A stretch of DNA of 64,000 nucleotides from Diplonema japonicum (Eukaryota; Protista; Euglenozoa: Diplonemea), in NCBI GenBank assembly GCA_964019335.1, contig OZ025697.1:62001-126000 (forward strand), read 5' to 3'. Of the stretch, positions 11,466 through 25,200 are shown piece by piece. The notes beneath the pieces were generated by a model that saw only the letters and a list, made by a program, of their open reading frames with translations, had not been told where the DNA came from and did not search any database. The translations under genes and the position numbers were made by a program. Each line of letters begins with the position of its first letter. Position 1 is the stretch's first letter.

Positions 11466-12882
11466 CTATGTGTGCACGCCGGCGTTCACGGCCAAGCCTT
11501 TCAGAGTTGCTGTAATGCCCTGGAGCTGCCTCTGGGCCTCCTCCTGAAGAACCTGGATGCGGCGGTGTTCTTCAGCAGATCCAGACCGTGAGGGCACCCG
11601 CGATACCTATTGTGTGATAAAAGGCTGTGAGGGGACATACCGAGGACGCGACAGGAGTGGGCGCAGCAACAGGGGGGACAGGTGGTGGCGAGACGCGGGT
11701 CAATGAAAGAGAGGGCTCACTTGCTTGAGGCTTCTTAAGATGTGGGGAAACGTTTCTATGGTCAGGCCTTTGAACCGGCTGTCGGGGAGGTGGCGACGTT
11801 GCTTTCAACATAGCACCCTGTGTACTGAGCATCCCGCTGGGAGTCTGTTGCAATGCCAGGGTACTAGACAACACATTGAAGTCCATGCTGACAGCCAGTT
11901 CTTCCAGGAGCCGGGTGGATCCCCGTGCGAGCTCCGCCTTTAGCGACACCATCAAAGCAGCGCCTGTTTTCTCGTCCATGTACGTCCCGTTGGGTAAGGG
12001 CGCCGCCCCCAACAGCCTCCTGTGCACGAGTGCGATGCTCTTTTTGCTTTCTGCTATCTGAGCTGTCACGTCGTGCAGTTGCTTCAGTACATTTTCCTCC
12101 TCCCTTGCCTCTGCTAGTGCTGCCCGTTGGCATTCTTCAAGCCTTTTCTTCGAACTGTCCACGCTGCTCAGCGCTTCGTTCCTCCATTTGTTCTGGTACT
12201 TCAGCGACGTGGTGAGCATCTCCATCGCGTGGCAGGCGTTCAGGGATTTGATGAGGCCTTCCTGTTCCGCGTCGGCGTTCTGTTGCGCGAGCCTCTTGAT
12301 GACTGCCTCAAGTTCGTGGAGGTCATGGTGCGTCGGCATGGGGGGGGCTGTGATGGAGCCTGGGTCCAACAGGGCAGCCTCCAATTGGTGGTATTTCTGT
12401 TTCTGTTCCTTGAGCCAGGCATGGTGCGTAGGGACAACACGCTCCAGACGTGCGAGAGAAAGCTCAAGCGTGAGCTTGGTCTCCTCGACAGCACGCAGCT
12501 TGTCCTCCAATGTGGACAGCTGGATGTCAAGGACCTCTTGCTCGTGCTTTGCTACATTGGCAGCAGCGACCCCTGCAGGCTCCGTTCGTGCTTCCTTCTG
12601 GATGAGCGTCTTCTCAGCCGCAGACAGTTGCTGCGGCAACGTGTTGATGTCGAGAGACGCAGCCAGTGACTGGGGCACATCCATGTCACCTTCATGCAAA
12701 CCGTAACCGCCCAGGTCGTCACAGATTGCTAGCAACCGACTGCACTCACTCCTCATCAAGGTGTTGGCCTCATCATCAACGCTCTGTGCTGTCCACTCAA
12801 AACCTGCACTTGGCACATGTTCCATCACCGGTCTGGGTGGACTTAACCTCCCGTCTGCCGTGCCCACCATATTGCCCAGCAT
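11466..12882 (-). CDS. coiled-coil hypothetical protein with Pro-rich C-terminal region
   Basis: Start MLGNMV at 12882; 34-nt intron 11607..11640 (GTATGT...AATAG) extends the frame to ...LAVNAGVHT* at 11466. Confidence 0.72.
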
Positions 12883-13754
12883 CGGTCCTGTTTTCGTGGG
12901 GTGAAAAAAAAAGGGGGGTAAAGAAAAATGAAAAGAGAGGTATGTTGAGAGCGAAAAGAAAGAGAAGAAAAAGGCGGGGGGGGGGGGGGGTGTAAATTTA
13001 AGAAAGTGATCTGCCATTTTCTTTTCCTCCCTTTTCTTTTTATTCTTTTCTTTTTTTTTCGAAGTAGATTCACTGGGCTATTAACCGACGGAAGAGAAAA
13101 AAAAAAGTGAACCCCCTCCGCAACTGCCAATTTTGCATCTGACAATCAGTCTAGAGGGGGGCGGAGGTTATATTGGCAAGGAAACGCGTTTCCAAGCTTT
13201 CTTTTGAAAATAAGGAAACGGTAAACGGAAACGCATCCCCGTTTCTTGCCAACATAGCCCTGGGAGGGAAGAAAAAAGGGGCCATTATTTTGTCAGCCCC
13301 CCCCCCCCCCCCCCCCAGTTAAAACAGAAAACTGCTACAGCATAGCTGAATTGCTTACCCCCCTTTTGTTTATTTCTTCTTTCTTGTGTGTGTGTTTCTT
13401 TTCTTTTTTTCTTTTCCTGGGAGAATACGTACTTTGAGTAGTAACAGCAAAATGAGAGAAAAAATACAACCTCTTCCCTCCAAGATAGAGTTTGGTCAAT
13501 CGGGGGCACCGGGGTTACGAAAGGCATTGTTATTTTCTTTTTTTTTTTTTATTTTTCTTTTTTTTTTTTCGTTCTTTCTCTTTCCTCGCCTTTCCCCTGT
13601 TGTGCCCTCAGGACAAGCATATGTACGAAAGGGCTGAACGGAATAGGAATCGTTGGCACGCCAACAAATGGGCTTTGCCAAGAGGGAAATCGCAAGAATG
13701 GGAGGGGGAATTCTTTTTTTTTTTTTTTTCTGGAAAGAAAAAAATTTTCTTTTT

Positions 13755-13783
<29 letters not shown>

Positions 13784-13785
<2 letters not shown>

Positions 13786-14038
13786 ACTGCATCTGTTCGT
13801 TCACCTGTTGCTGAAGGGACTCAATATCGTCAACATGGTCAACGCCATGCGCTTTGAGCACCCTAAGCGCATTTGACAGCTCGGCTATCTGTACCGATTG
13901 AAGCCTCGAGAGCTGAGGGTGGATCTTTGACACTTTGGAACTTCCAGCAACCTGCCCGGAGCTCTTTATCCTCCTGAAGTCACCATGGATCTCGTTATCA
14001 CACGCGGGTTGCGAAGGAACAATAACATCTACTGTCAT
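13784..14038 (-). CDS. small hypothetical protein (84 aa)
   Basis: ATG-to-stop island of coding composition between homopolymer spacers, on the common strand. Confidence 0.55.
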
Positions 14039-14529
14039 TTCTTTTTTTTTTTCCCCTCACTCAAAACCTTTTTTTTTTTCTTTCCCCTCCCCATACACGT
14101 GTCATTTCAAAAAAAAAAAAAAACCAAAGTATAATTAATAGAATATATAAAAAATAAAAGGGGGGGGGCAAAAAATATTTTGCATAGAAAAAATGAATGG
14201 GTAATCGGTAATAGAAATAGGGAGAGGGGGGGGGGGGGGAATAGGAAGGATCTGGGGATTCTTGGGGAATAATTAAAAAAAGGGGGAGGGGGAAAGTGTT
14301 CTTTTTTTTGGGGGGGGAGTGTAAATCAATGTTATTTAAAAAAAAAATCCTTCTTTCCTCTTGCCGCGTAATTAAATTGGGTGGAGAACAAGAAAGATAT
14401 GGGAATACAGCATAGGGGTAATAGTGAACTAATATACAGTGCGCACGTGACCTAACACAGTGCTACGTCGTCAACACAAGCTACTCATCTTCCTGTGAAA
14501 AAAAAAGCCTTTCGCCCAACAGTTCGTAT

Positions 14530-17293
14530 TTAACATACATTTCTCTTTACGGCCCAATCATCCTCATCCTCCATCTCGGGGTCAACAAGGATGCAGCTCT
14601 TGATCACCAAGCAGATAAGAAGTGCGCCAGCCAGAAGGATGAGGCCCACCCACCAGAAGTCCCAAGCATCGTCGAAGAGGGGAGCGCACACGAAGGCGAA
14701 CCTAGTCATCAGCTTGATCAGAATGTTAAGGGCAGGCCCAGAGGTGTCCTTGAACGGGTCACCCACAGTGTCACCGCACACGGCCGCCTTGTGGCAGTCG
14801 GTACCCTTGCCCTGAACCTCACCGTCAATCGAGAACCCACCAGCCTCAATCCACTTCTTGGCGTTGTCCCAAGCACCACCAGTGTTGCTCATCATCACAC
14901 CAAGGAGGTACCCAGAGGAGATGGCCCCCATGAGGAGACCCACAAGGCAGTGGGACCCGAAGAGGAAACCCATCACAAGAGGGGAGAAGATGGCAAGAAC
15001 ACCGGGGAGAAGCATCTCCCTCAGAGACGAGTTGCAGCTGATGGTGATGCACCTCTTGTAGTCGGGCTTCTGGGTGGGGTCAGTCAGGATGGCGGGGTTC
15101 TCCTTGAACTGCCTCCTCACCTCGTGCATCATCTCCTGGGCGGCCTTGTTCACGGAAAGCATGGTCATCGCACCGAACACGTACGGGAGGAGGGCACCCA
15201 CAAGGACACCAATCACCACAACAGGGCGGAGAAGGTCGACATCCTCGATACCAGCAACACGGGCGAAGGCGGCAAGGAGGGAGAGGGCGGAGAGAACAGC
15301 ACTCCCGTTGGCGAAACCCTTACCAGTGGCGGCGGTGGTGTTGCCAAGGGCGTCAAGGCCGTCGGTGTAGTCCCTCACCCAGCTGGGGAGCTCAGACATC
15401 TCAGCAATACCACCAGCGTTGTCAGACACAGGACCGTAGGCATCGGTCGACATGGTCACACCAAGGGTGGAGAGCATACCGCACACGGAGATGGCAGTGC
15501 CGTAGAAACCAGCTAAGTAGTAGGCACCGAGAACAGCGGCCACGATGAGGAGAAGGGGAACAACGGTGGAGTACATCCCCATACCGAGACCCTGGATCAC
15601 AACGGGACCAGGCCCGAACTCAGTGGCGCGCCCGATGGACTGGGTGGGCTCCTTTGTGTGGCTGGTGAAGTACTCGGTCACCATCCCGATGAGGATACCA
15701 ACAACAAGACCCACCATGATGGAACCCAGCAGACGGGGACCGGGGTAGGTCTCGTCAAAGGGGATTTCGTTCATGTCATCTAGCGTGTCGCCCTCCTCCT
15801 CGAAGAGGAAGACAGTAAGAAAGATGACGCACACCACAATAAGAACACTCGCAATGATGATGTTGAACCTCATGGCGGCGAGGAGGTCGTCCAGGCTGGG
15901 GGCAGAGCCGTCCGCGTTTGTTGAGACCCTAATGTGCACAGTGCAGACAATGCTGATGGCCAGCCCGATCATCATGATGTAGAAGGGAAGAGCCACACCC
16001 TTCTCACCAAACTCGGAGGCTCCCAGCACGGCGGCGGCAACAACAGCCCCAACGAAGGACTCGAACAGATCGGCACCCATACCAGCAACATCACCCACGT
16101 TGTCACCAACGCAGTCAGCAATGGTGGCGGGGTTCTTGGGGGAGTCCTCACCAAGGTCCTTGTCCACCTTACCACAAAGGTCGGCACCAACATCAGCAGC
16201 CTTCGTGTAGATACCACCACCCACACGGGCGAACAGGGCAACAGCGGAGGAACCGAAACCGAACCCACCAAGGGACTCGGTGTTTCCGAAGATGGCGTAG
16301 CAAAGGGTCAAACCGAAGATACCGCAGGACACAACACCGAGACCCATGCAGGCACCGGTACGGAAGGCCACCTGGAGACCCCTCGACATACCCTCCTCCT
16401 TGGAGGAGTAGCAAGCAGCGGCGGTACGGCAGTTACCCTCAGTGGCAATGTGCATGCCCATGTACCCACAGGCGGCGGAGAGGAAGGCCCCGAACAGGAA
16501 AGACACGGAGGCTGCGGGGACCCAGTCGTTCTCCTGACCGTCGATGGCGATGAAGAGGAAGACCCAGAGGAGGGCGACGAAGGGTGCGAGCCAAGTGTAC
16601 TCCTGGTGGAGGAAGGACATGGCAGCCTCGTGGATTACCTCAGCGGTCTCGTGCATCTCGTCGGTACCACGGGGCTTGGAGATGACGTCTCTCATGTAGA
16701 GGCAGACAGTGGCGAAGCCGAGGAAGGAGACACACATGGCTCCCCAGATTGCGGTGTAGGGGACTCTGTAAGTGCAATTGTCGTTAAGCCTTTCAAGGTC
16801 AGCTGTGTAGCCGGCCCTGAGGGCTCCTCCGGCGATGGTGATGGGGATGCATCTAAAGTCTGTGAAGTGGCTTGTGGCCTGAGTGGTGCCCCAGTGCTGC
16901 CAGTGGCGGGATTTGAGGGCCACCGCTTGTGGGTGGAACTCGTCGTTTCTATCAAAGTCATCCTCGTAATGGGCAATGAAGCAGAGGGCGAAGGCGGCAA
17001 GCGAAAGCACCACAAAGACCGCAGCAAAGATGAGTCCAGTGGGACTCTCCACACCTCCGTTGTGGTCCCACTCTTGTAACTCTTTCACAGGCTGGATATC
17101 TGCAGACCTTTCCTTCTTGTCCTCACTTACTTCGTCAATAGGTTCCATGGAGGCAACCTCAGCTCTGTCAAGTGCCCCAGAATCTTCCGGCTTCGCCTGT
17201 TTATTTAAGAGTTAGTTTTCTTTTTCCCTCTTTTCTTTTTATTAGACAAACCTCCTGATCAGCTCCAGGCTCTTCATCGTGCACAACACCCAT
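14530..17293 (-). CDS. hppA: membrane-integral pyrophosphatase copy 1 (K+-dependent, Na+-PPase-type signature)
   Basis: [73 protein letters not shown]; exon 1 17252..17293 ([14 protein letters not shown]), intron 17197..17251. Confidence 0.95.
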
Positions 17294-18325
17294 TGCTGAT
17301 GGCGACTTTCTTTTTTTCTCCTTTTTTATACTTTTTTTCTTCTCTGTCTATAACCTTTATTGAACCTTTAATTTTTTTTTTAAAAAAAAATTTATTAATA
17401 CTGCGCTCATAGAATAAATAAAAATTCAAATTCAAAAAGAAGAAGAAAATTTCGAAAAAGTAAAAGAAAAAAGAGGGGAGGGGGGAAATGATGCAAAGTG
17501 GGGGAGAGAGGGAGGGGGGGGTATAAATAAAGTTTTATTTTTTCGCTTCCTGTCTTTTGGCTGGGGTTACAATCTGAACCACAGTCATGTCCTCTTATTC
17601 TTTTTCCCCTTTCCCTTAATCGCCAAGGGTGAAGAGGTTTCAAGGGAGTAAACCACTCTAATTTGTCTCAGGTAAAGGAATTTGGGGAATAGGAGGGAAG
17701 CCGTGTGCCCTTGCGCTGCGGGTTGGGTGGGGGAGGAGGTGGCGGAGCAGATGGATGGAGATCTGTGACATTAGCTCTCGATAATTATCTGAAAGTCAAG
17801 AACTAGGCACAATAGGATGCGGGGATTACGATGAAAAAAGAGGAAAGATAAAAGGAATTCATTGTTATGAGGTATAAGTGTTAGCAACAGCAAAAGCGAA
17901 GACGACAAAAGGAAGAGGAAAAAAAAAACGAATTTGCGAGATACGAGCCCACGGGAAATGAGTTTCTGTTTTCACAAAACCTGTAAAACTCGTTAAAAAC
18001 GCAGGGCGGGTGGGGGGGGGGGGGTTGGTAATAGCGAGGGGGGGGGGGGGGGGGGGGGAAGCTGGCGGAGCAAAGAAAAAAAAAGAGGCATGATTATTAT
18101 TTTTTTATTATAAAAACTTCGATGGGGGTAACAATGGGTAAATGTGTCGTCCTATCACTGCAAGCAATGGGGATTCACAAATAAAATATGGGAGGGGACT
18201 AGGCAGAGGGCTCGTACGCAAAGCTCGTCGAGTGCCTTTACCGTAAAGGCGAGGGGTAACACAAGGGGGTAAAACAAAAACAAAAAACAAGGGAAAATAA
18301 AATGGGAAATTCGTATCACAACATT

Positions 18326-21180
18326 CTAGACAACAGTGTCCTTGGGTGCCTCCTCCTTGGTCACCTCAACAAGCTCCTTGTTCTCAGCAACCGGCTCGTC
18401 GTCGTCGTTGTTACTGTCCGCAGCGTTCACGTACACAAGCACCAAGGCAATCAACACCATGGCGACACCTAGGAGGGCAAGACCAATGTACCAGAAGTCC
18501 CAAGCATCGTCGAAGAGGGGAGCGCACACGAAGGCGAACCTAGTCATCAGCTTGATCAGAATGTTAAGGGCAGGCCCAGAGGTGTCCTTGAACGGGTCAC
18601 CCACAGTGTCACCGCACACGGCCGCCTTGTGGCACTCAGTACCCTTGCCCTGAACCTCACCGTCAATCACTAACCCACCAGCCTCAACCCACTTCTTGGC
18701 GTTGTCCCAAGCACCACCAGTGTTGCTCATCTTCACACCAAGGAGGTACCCAGAGGAGATGGCCCCCATGAGGAGACCCACAAGGCAGTGGGATCCGAAG
18801 AGGAAACCCATCACAAGAGGGGAGAAGATGGCAAGAACACCAGGGAGAAGCATCTCCCTCAGAGACGAGTTGCAGCTGATGGTGATGCACCTCTTGTAGT
18901 CGGGCTTCTGGGTGGGGTCAGTCAGGATGGCGGGGTTCGCCTTGAACTGCCTCCTCACCTCGTGCATCATCTCCTGGGCGGCCTTGTTCACGGAAAGCAT
19001 GGTCATCGCACCGAACACGTACGGGAGGAGGGCACCCACAAGGACACCGATCACCACAACAGGGCGGAGAAGGTCGACATCCTCGATACCAGCAACACGG
19101 GCGAAGGCGGCAAGGAGGGAGAGGGCGGAGAGAACAGCACTCCCGTTGGCGAAACCCTTACCAGTGGCGGCGGTGGTGTTGCCAAGGGCGTCAAGGCCGT
19201 CGGTGTAGTCCCTCACCCAGCTGGGGAGCTCAGACATCTCAGCAATACCACCAGCGTTGTCAGACACAGGACCGTAGGCATCGGTCGACATGGTCACACC
19301 AAGGGTGGAGAGCATACCGCACACGGAGATGGCAGTGCCGTAGAAACCGCAGAGGTAGTAGGCACCGAGAACAGCGGCCACGATGAGGAGAAGGGGAACA
19401 ACGGTGGAGTACATCCCCATACCGAGACCCTGGATCACAACGGGACCAGGCCCGAACTCGGTGGCGCGCCCGATGGACTGGGTGGGCTCCTCAGTGTGGC
19501 TGGTGAAGTACTCGGTCACCATCCCGATGAGGACACCAACAACAAGACCGAGGATGATGCACCCGAACAGACGGGGACCGGGGTTCAGCTGGTCCTTGGG
19601 GACGTCGCTCATGTCGTCAATGAGGTCCGCCTCCTGCTCGAAGAAGAAGACGCAAAGGAACAGAACACAGACGGTAATCACAACGGCGGCAACGAGGATG
19701 TTGAACCTCATGGCACCGAGGAGGTCGTCAAGGGTGGGGGCAGAGCCGTCCTCCTTCATCCCGATCCTGATGTGCACAGTGCAGGCAATCGACACAATGA
19801 GACCGATCATCATGATGTAGAAAGGAAGAGCGACACCCTTCTTCCCGAACTCGGAGGCTCCCAGCACGGCGGCGGCAACAACAGCCCCAACGAAGGACTC
19901 GAACAGATCGGCACCCATACCAGCAACATCACCCACGTTGTCACCAACGCAGTCAGCAATGGTGGCGGGGTTCTTGGGGGAGTCCTCACCAAGGTCCTTG
20001 TCCACCTTACCACAAAGGTCGGCACCAACATCAGCAGCCTTCGTGTAGATACCACCACCCACACGGGCGAACAGGGCAACAGCGGAGGAACCGAAACCGA
20101 ACCCACCAAGGGACTCGGTGTTTCCGAAGATGGCGTAGCAAAGGGCCAGACCGAAGATACCGCAGGACACAACACCGAGACCCATGCAGGCACCGGTACG
20201 GAAGGCCACCTGGAGACCCCTCGACATACCCTCCTCCTTGGAGGAGTAGCAAGCAGCAGCGGTACGGCAGTTACCCTGGGTGGCAATGTGCATGCCCATG
20301 TACCCACAGGCGGCGGAGAGGAAGGCCCCGAAAAGGAAGGAGACCGAGGCGGCAGGCTCCCAACCGTTCTCCTGACCGTCGATGGCGATGAAGAGGAAGA
20401 TCCAGAGGAGGGCGACGAAGGGTGCGAGCCAAGTGTACTCCTGGTGGAGGAAGGACATGGCGGCCTCGTGGATCACCTCAGCGGTCTCGTGCATCTCGTC
20501 GGTACCACGGGGCTCAGCCATCACGAGTTTCATGTAGACGCAAACGGTGGCGAGACCGATAAAAGAGCAGGCCATGGCTCCCCAGATCGCGGTGTAGGGA
20601 ACGTGGTAGGTGCAGCGAAGGTCGTATCCGGCGTAGTACTCAGTGAGGTTCCAGCTGGGGTTCTGAGCGAACAACTCGATGACCTCCTGGGGAGCAGTCC
20701 CGTTCTGAGTCCAAGCGAAGCAGGTGCTCTTGGCGTAAGGGTTAGCAACGTTGGCGGTGGGGATGGCAGGGAAGAAAAGGGGACCAGTGGGGTTGAACTG
20801 CGAGGTGAACACCTGCCAGTGACGGGAAGTGAGGGCGGTGGACTGGGGGTGGAACTTGTCATCCCTGTCGAAGTGGTCGTAGTACTCAGCCATGAAGCAG
20901 AGGCACAACGAGCAGATGGCGAAGAGAACGAAAACAACGGCGAGAATACCAGCGAGCTTGTTGTCCTCACCGGGGTTAGCGTCGTAAGGCTGGAGAACCT
21001 TGGGGGGTCCCTCGTCTTTGCTCTGCGAGGCATCAGCAGACTCAGGTACCACGCTGGCAGCCGCAGCATCATCAGTGGTCATGTCCGCATCCGCAGGGGA
21101 CTGTAGTATTTGTTCATCGTAAAAATTATTCGTCATACCTGCGGGGTCTCGGCGTCGATAGGCTCGTTAGCAACACCCAT
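18326..21180 (-). CDS. hppA: membrane-integral pyrophosphatase copy 2
   Basis: Same motifs; exon 1 21139..21180 ([14 protein letters not shown]), intron 21101..21138. Confidence 0.95.
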
Positions 21181-22276
21181 AGTGATAAGATAACCTGAAG
21201 AAGGCGATATTTTGAGACGAATTATAATGAAGAAGAAGAAAAGGAAACGTGATGGGGCAGTGGGGGAGAAAAAAAAAAGGTGCCCAATCGCCCCCAGTTG
21301 CTGTCATTTGGAGAGTTGGGAGGGGTAAAAAGAAAAATGGAGAGGAACAAAAGGCAAAAAAAAAAAAAAAAAGAAGAAGAAGTAACGAATAAAGAAGCAC
21401 GCACCCGAACACCCTCGCCAGGGGATAACCAGCAAAGTTCAACTGGGATAAACAATTGAATAATCTTATTTTGGACCCCTAGCGAGTGGGGAAGTGGGAA
21501 AAAGAAAAGGTCAGGGAGTGGTGCTAAGTCGGGCTGCCCTTCATATCGTTCAAAAAAAAAAAAAAAAAACAAAGAATGAAAAAAAAAGGGGGGGCTAAAA
21601 TAAAAAAAAAATGAAAAAAAAAAAATATTGATGGAAAAAAAAAAATAATATAAATTTAACGACAGGATGCTACGGACGTAATTTCTTTTTTTTTTTTTTT
21701 TTTTTTCGTTTTCTTTTTCTTTTCTTTTTTTTACCCTTTTAACAATTTTTTTTCGTATAGTCATTGAAATGCACTTAGGCTTTTTTTTTTTTTAAGTAAA
21801 TAGAAATAAAAAAAAAAAATCACATTGCAGCAACCTGGATGAAACCAGGAAGTACATATCAGTTGGTAAGGGCGATGATGCTTTGGGGGGAGGGGGAGGA
21901 GAGGGGCAGGGAAACGGGATTCATAAAAAGTACCCCCGGTCACCGATGTGACGAAGGTAAGCCTTCCACGAGAAAAAAAAAGGGGGGAATGAACAATGGG
22001 GAAACAAAGGGGCGGGGGAAACAGTGAAAATCTGGAGCACAGCGGGAAAGAAGAAGGTATAAAAGGATCAAGGGGGGGTATGGGGCATGAATTCAAATAG
22101 TAAAGGTTTCTTAACATACTTCCATCACCTCAGTCTTCAGGGCGACAGATACTGGGGATGAAGGTGGTACGAGTAAAAAGATACTAAAGTAAGAAAAAGA
22201 GAAAAAAGTGAGCACGGGAAATAGTAGTGCTTTTGTTCGTATCAAAAGCATGGTACTATGCAGCAGCTCTTACTTT

Positions 22277-25200
22277 TCACGCCTCTGCCTCCACCTCAGC
22301 CTTGGGCTCCTGGGACTTGGCATCGTTCTCCTCCTCCTCCTCAGGCTTGCTCGCGTGAGCAACGAACATAACCACAGCACCCACAAGGACCATGGCGACA
22401 CCCAGGAGGATGAGACCAATGTACCAGAAGTCCCAAGCATCGTCGAAGAGGGGAGCGCACACGAAGGCGAACCTAGTCATCAGCTTGATCAGAATGTTAA
22501 GGGCAGGCCCAGAGGTGTCCTTGAACGGGTCACCCACAGTGTCACCGCACACGGCCGCCTTGTGGCAGTCGGTACCCTTGCCCTGAACCTCACCGTCAAT
22601 CGAGAACCCACCAGCCTCAATCCACTTCTTGGCGTTGTCCCAAGCACCACCAGTGTTGCTCATTTCCACACCAAGGAGGTACCCAGAGGAGATGGCCCCC
22701 ATGAGGAGACCCACAAGGCAGTGGGACCCGAAGAGGAAACCCATCACAAGAGGGGAGAAGATGGCAAGAACACCAGGGAGAAGCATCTCCCTCAGAGACG
22801 AGTTGCAGCTGATGGTGATGCACCTCTTGTAGTCGGGCTTCTGGGTGGGGTCAGTCAGGATGGCGGGGTTCTCCTTGAACTGCCTCCTCACCTCGTGCAT
22901 CATCTCCTGGGCGGCCTTGTTCACGGAAAGCATAGTCATCGCACCGAACACGTACGGGAGGAGGGCACCCACAAGGACACCGATCACCACGATGGGCCTC
23001 ATCAGGTTCACACTCTCGATACCAGCAACACGGGCGAAGGCGGCAAGGAGGGAGAGGGCGGAGAGGACAGCGCTCCCGTTGGCGAAACCCTTACCAGTGG
23101 CGGCGGTGGTGTTGCCAAGGGCGTCAAGGCCGTCGGTGTAGTCCCTCACCCAGCTGGGGAGCTCAGACATCTCAGCAATACCACCAGCGTTGTCAGACAC
23201 AGGGCCGTAGGCATCGGTCGACATGGTCACACCAAGGGTGGAGAGCATACCGCACACGGAGATGGCAGTGCCGTAGAAACCGCAGAGGTAGTAGGCACCG
23301 AGAACAGCGGCCACGATGAGGAGGAGGGGAACAACGGTGGAGTACATCCCCATACCGAGACCCTGGATCACAACGGGACCAGGCCCGAACTCGGTGGCGC
23401 GCCCGATGGACTGGGTGGGCTCCTCAGTGTGGCTGGTGAAGTACTCGGTGATCATCCCGATGAGCACACCGACAGCAAGACCGAGCACGATGCACCCGAA
23501 CAGACGGGGACCGGGGTTCAGCTGGTCCTTGGGGACGCTGCTCATGTCGTCAATGATGTCCGCCTCCTGCTCGAAGAAGAAGACGCAAAGGAACAGAACA
23601 CAGACGGTAATCACAACGGCGGCAACGAGGATGTTGAACCTCATGGCACCGAGGAGGTCGTCAAGGGTGGGGGCAGAGCCGTCCTCCTTCATCCCGATCT
23701 TGATGTGCACAGTGCAGGCAATCGACACAATGAGACCGATCATCATGATGTAGAAGGGAAGAGCGACACCCTTCTTTCCGAACTCGGAGGCTCCCAGCAC
23801 GGCGGCGGCAACAACAGCCCCAACGAAGGACTCGAACAGATCGGCACCCATACCAGCAACGTCACCCACGTTGTCACCAACGCAGTCAGCAATAGTGGCG
23901 GGGTTCTTGGGGGAGTCCTCACCAAGGTCCTTGTCCACCTTACCACAAAGGTCGGCACCAACATCAGCAGCCTTCGTGTAGATACCACCACCCACACGGG
24001 CGAACAGGGCAACAGCGGAGGAACCGAAACCGAACCCACCAAGGGACTCGGTGTTTCCGAAGATGGCGTAGCAAAGGGTCAAACCGAAGATACCGCAGGA
24101 CACAACACCGAGACCCATGCAGGCACCGGTACGGAAGGCCACCTGGAGACCCCTCGACATACCCTCCTCCTTGGAGGAGTAGCAAGCAGCGGCGGTACGG
24201 CAGTTACCCTCAGTGGCAATGTGCATGCCCATGTACCCACAGGCGGCGGAGAGGAAGGCCCCGAAAAGGAAGGAGACCGAGGCGGCAGGCTCCCAACCGT
24301 TCTCCTGACCGTCGATGGCGATGAAGAGGAAGATCCAGAGGAGGGCGACGAAGGGTGCGAGCCAAGTGTACTCCTGGTGGAGGAAGGACATGGCGGCCTC
24401 GTGGATCACCTCAGCGGTCTCGTGCATCTCGTCGGTACCACGGGGCTCAGCCATCACCATGCGCATGTAGAAGCAGACGGTGGCGAGACCGATAAAAGAG
24501 CAGGCCATGGCTCCCCAGATCGCGGTGTAGGGAACGTGGTAGGTGCAGCGAAGGTCGTATCCGGCGTAGTACTCGCTGGCGTTCATGTTGTACAAGGTAG
24601 CGAGGGTAGTCACAACCGCCGGGTTGGCTGCGCCGTTCAGGGTCCAGTCGAAGCAGCTGGTCTTGGCGTAAGGGTTGGTCGCGTTGTTCATCTCCACAGG
24701 GACGGCAGCGGGGGCAGTCGAGTTGTCGATGATGGCGTCGGGCTGGATGGTGGGCCAGTAGATGGGACCAGTGGGGTTGAACTGCGAGGTGAACACCTGC
24801 CAGTGACGACCCTTCAGAGCCGTCGCCTGGGGGTGGAACTTGTCATCCCTGTCGAAGTCCTCGGTGTACTCCGCAACGAAGCACAGGGCGAGGGCACCGC
24901 ACGCCATCACGATGAACACGATACCGGCAACGAAGGCCATCGGCGAGTCCACACCGGGGTTCTTGTCCCAAGGCTGCATCCCACCCTCCTCCTCCTCCTC
25001 AACGGCGGCAGGGGTCTCCTCCTCCACGGCAGCCGGCTTCTCTTCCTCTACCGCAGCAGGGGTCTCCTCAACAGGCTGCTCCTGTAATTATTTGTAAAAA
25101 GGTGCAAAAACAAAGAAATCATTTCCCGCGTGACGACAAAAGAAGCCTCTCGCCCCAAATATTTTATTGCAGACTATTCGGGAAAAAAAAAGGATTGTCT

